From NCBI GenBank assembly GCA_021839985.1, contig JAKBZO010000001.1, positions 676 through 64,675 of the forward strand: 64,000 bases of DNA, given 5' to 3'. The position numbers were made by a program, and so were the translations under genes. The number at the start of each line of letters is the position of its first letter. Position 1 is the first letter of the stretch. Source of the DNA: a bacterium. GTDB taxonomy: Bacteria > Patescibacteriota > Minisyncoccia > Phycocordibacterales > SBAW01. The notes beneath the pieces are model-generated. The model was not told the DNA's origin and did no database searches. It was given only the letters and a program-made list of their open reading frames with translations. This document shows positions 63,975 to 64,000 of this stretch, in pieces.

Positions 63975-64000
63975 GCGGGTGGCGGCGCGCGACTTGTCGC

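Overview
This is a visibly GC-rich bacterial chromosomal segment with small, tightly packed, mostly minus-strand housekeeping genes. The gene content points to a CPR/Patescibacteria (Parcubacteria-like) genome: type IV pilus genes (pilM/N/O and a separate pilB) and an L11–NusG–SecE cluster with no L1 gene after rplK. A second apparent hallmark, weak Shine-Dalgarno use, was not systematically checked here. The window also contains the replication-origin neighbourhood (rpmH–rnpA–yidC–jag on one side, dnaA–dnaN with DnaA-box clusters on the other).

Recognisable genes include ileS, argS, glyA, thyA, dcd, folA, rplK, nusG, secE, rplS, rpsT, recO, ruvA, ruvB, ruvC, ruvX, polA, holA, dnaN, dnaA, tyrS, dapD, pyrC, a DHOD-like gene, tsaE, a PBP1A, a Mur-ligase-family gene, a P1B-type metal ATPase with SIMPL and DsbA-like neighbours, an ABC exporter, a GAF–HD-GYP protein and eight tRNA genes.

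The accessory and unusual content is as follows.
- A probable decayed diversity-generating retroelement: a protein with a C-type-lectin/FGE-like C-terminus followed in the same frame by a reverse-transcriptase C-terminal fragment.
- Four tRNA genes (His, Val, Arg-TCT, Ser) are each followed about 170–200 bp downstream by a degenerate direct repeat of their own 3' end, delimiting small islets. Two of the islets carry a conserved ~90-nt structured repeat with compensatory base changes.
- AT-rich islets carry a LAGLIDADG and an HNH homing endonuclease (each overlapping a tRNA 5' half) and a SAM-methyltransferase.
- IleRS contains a ~190-aa histidine-phosphatase domain inserted in its catalytic core.
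- A palindromic MITE-like element is inserted in-frame in folA and recurs upstream of rplS.
- The ileS leader is a possible T-box-like attenuator.

All calls rest on reading the translated ORFs and the raw sequence. No database searches were run.
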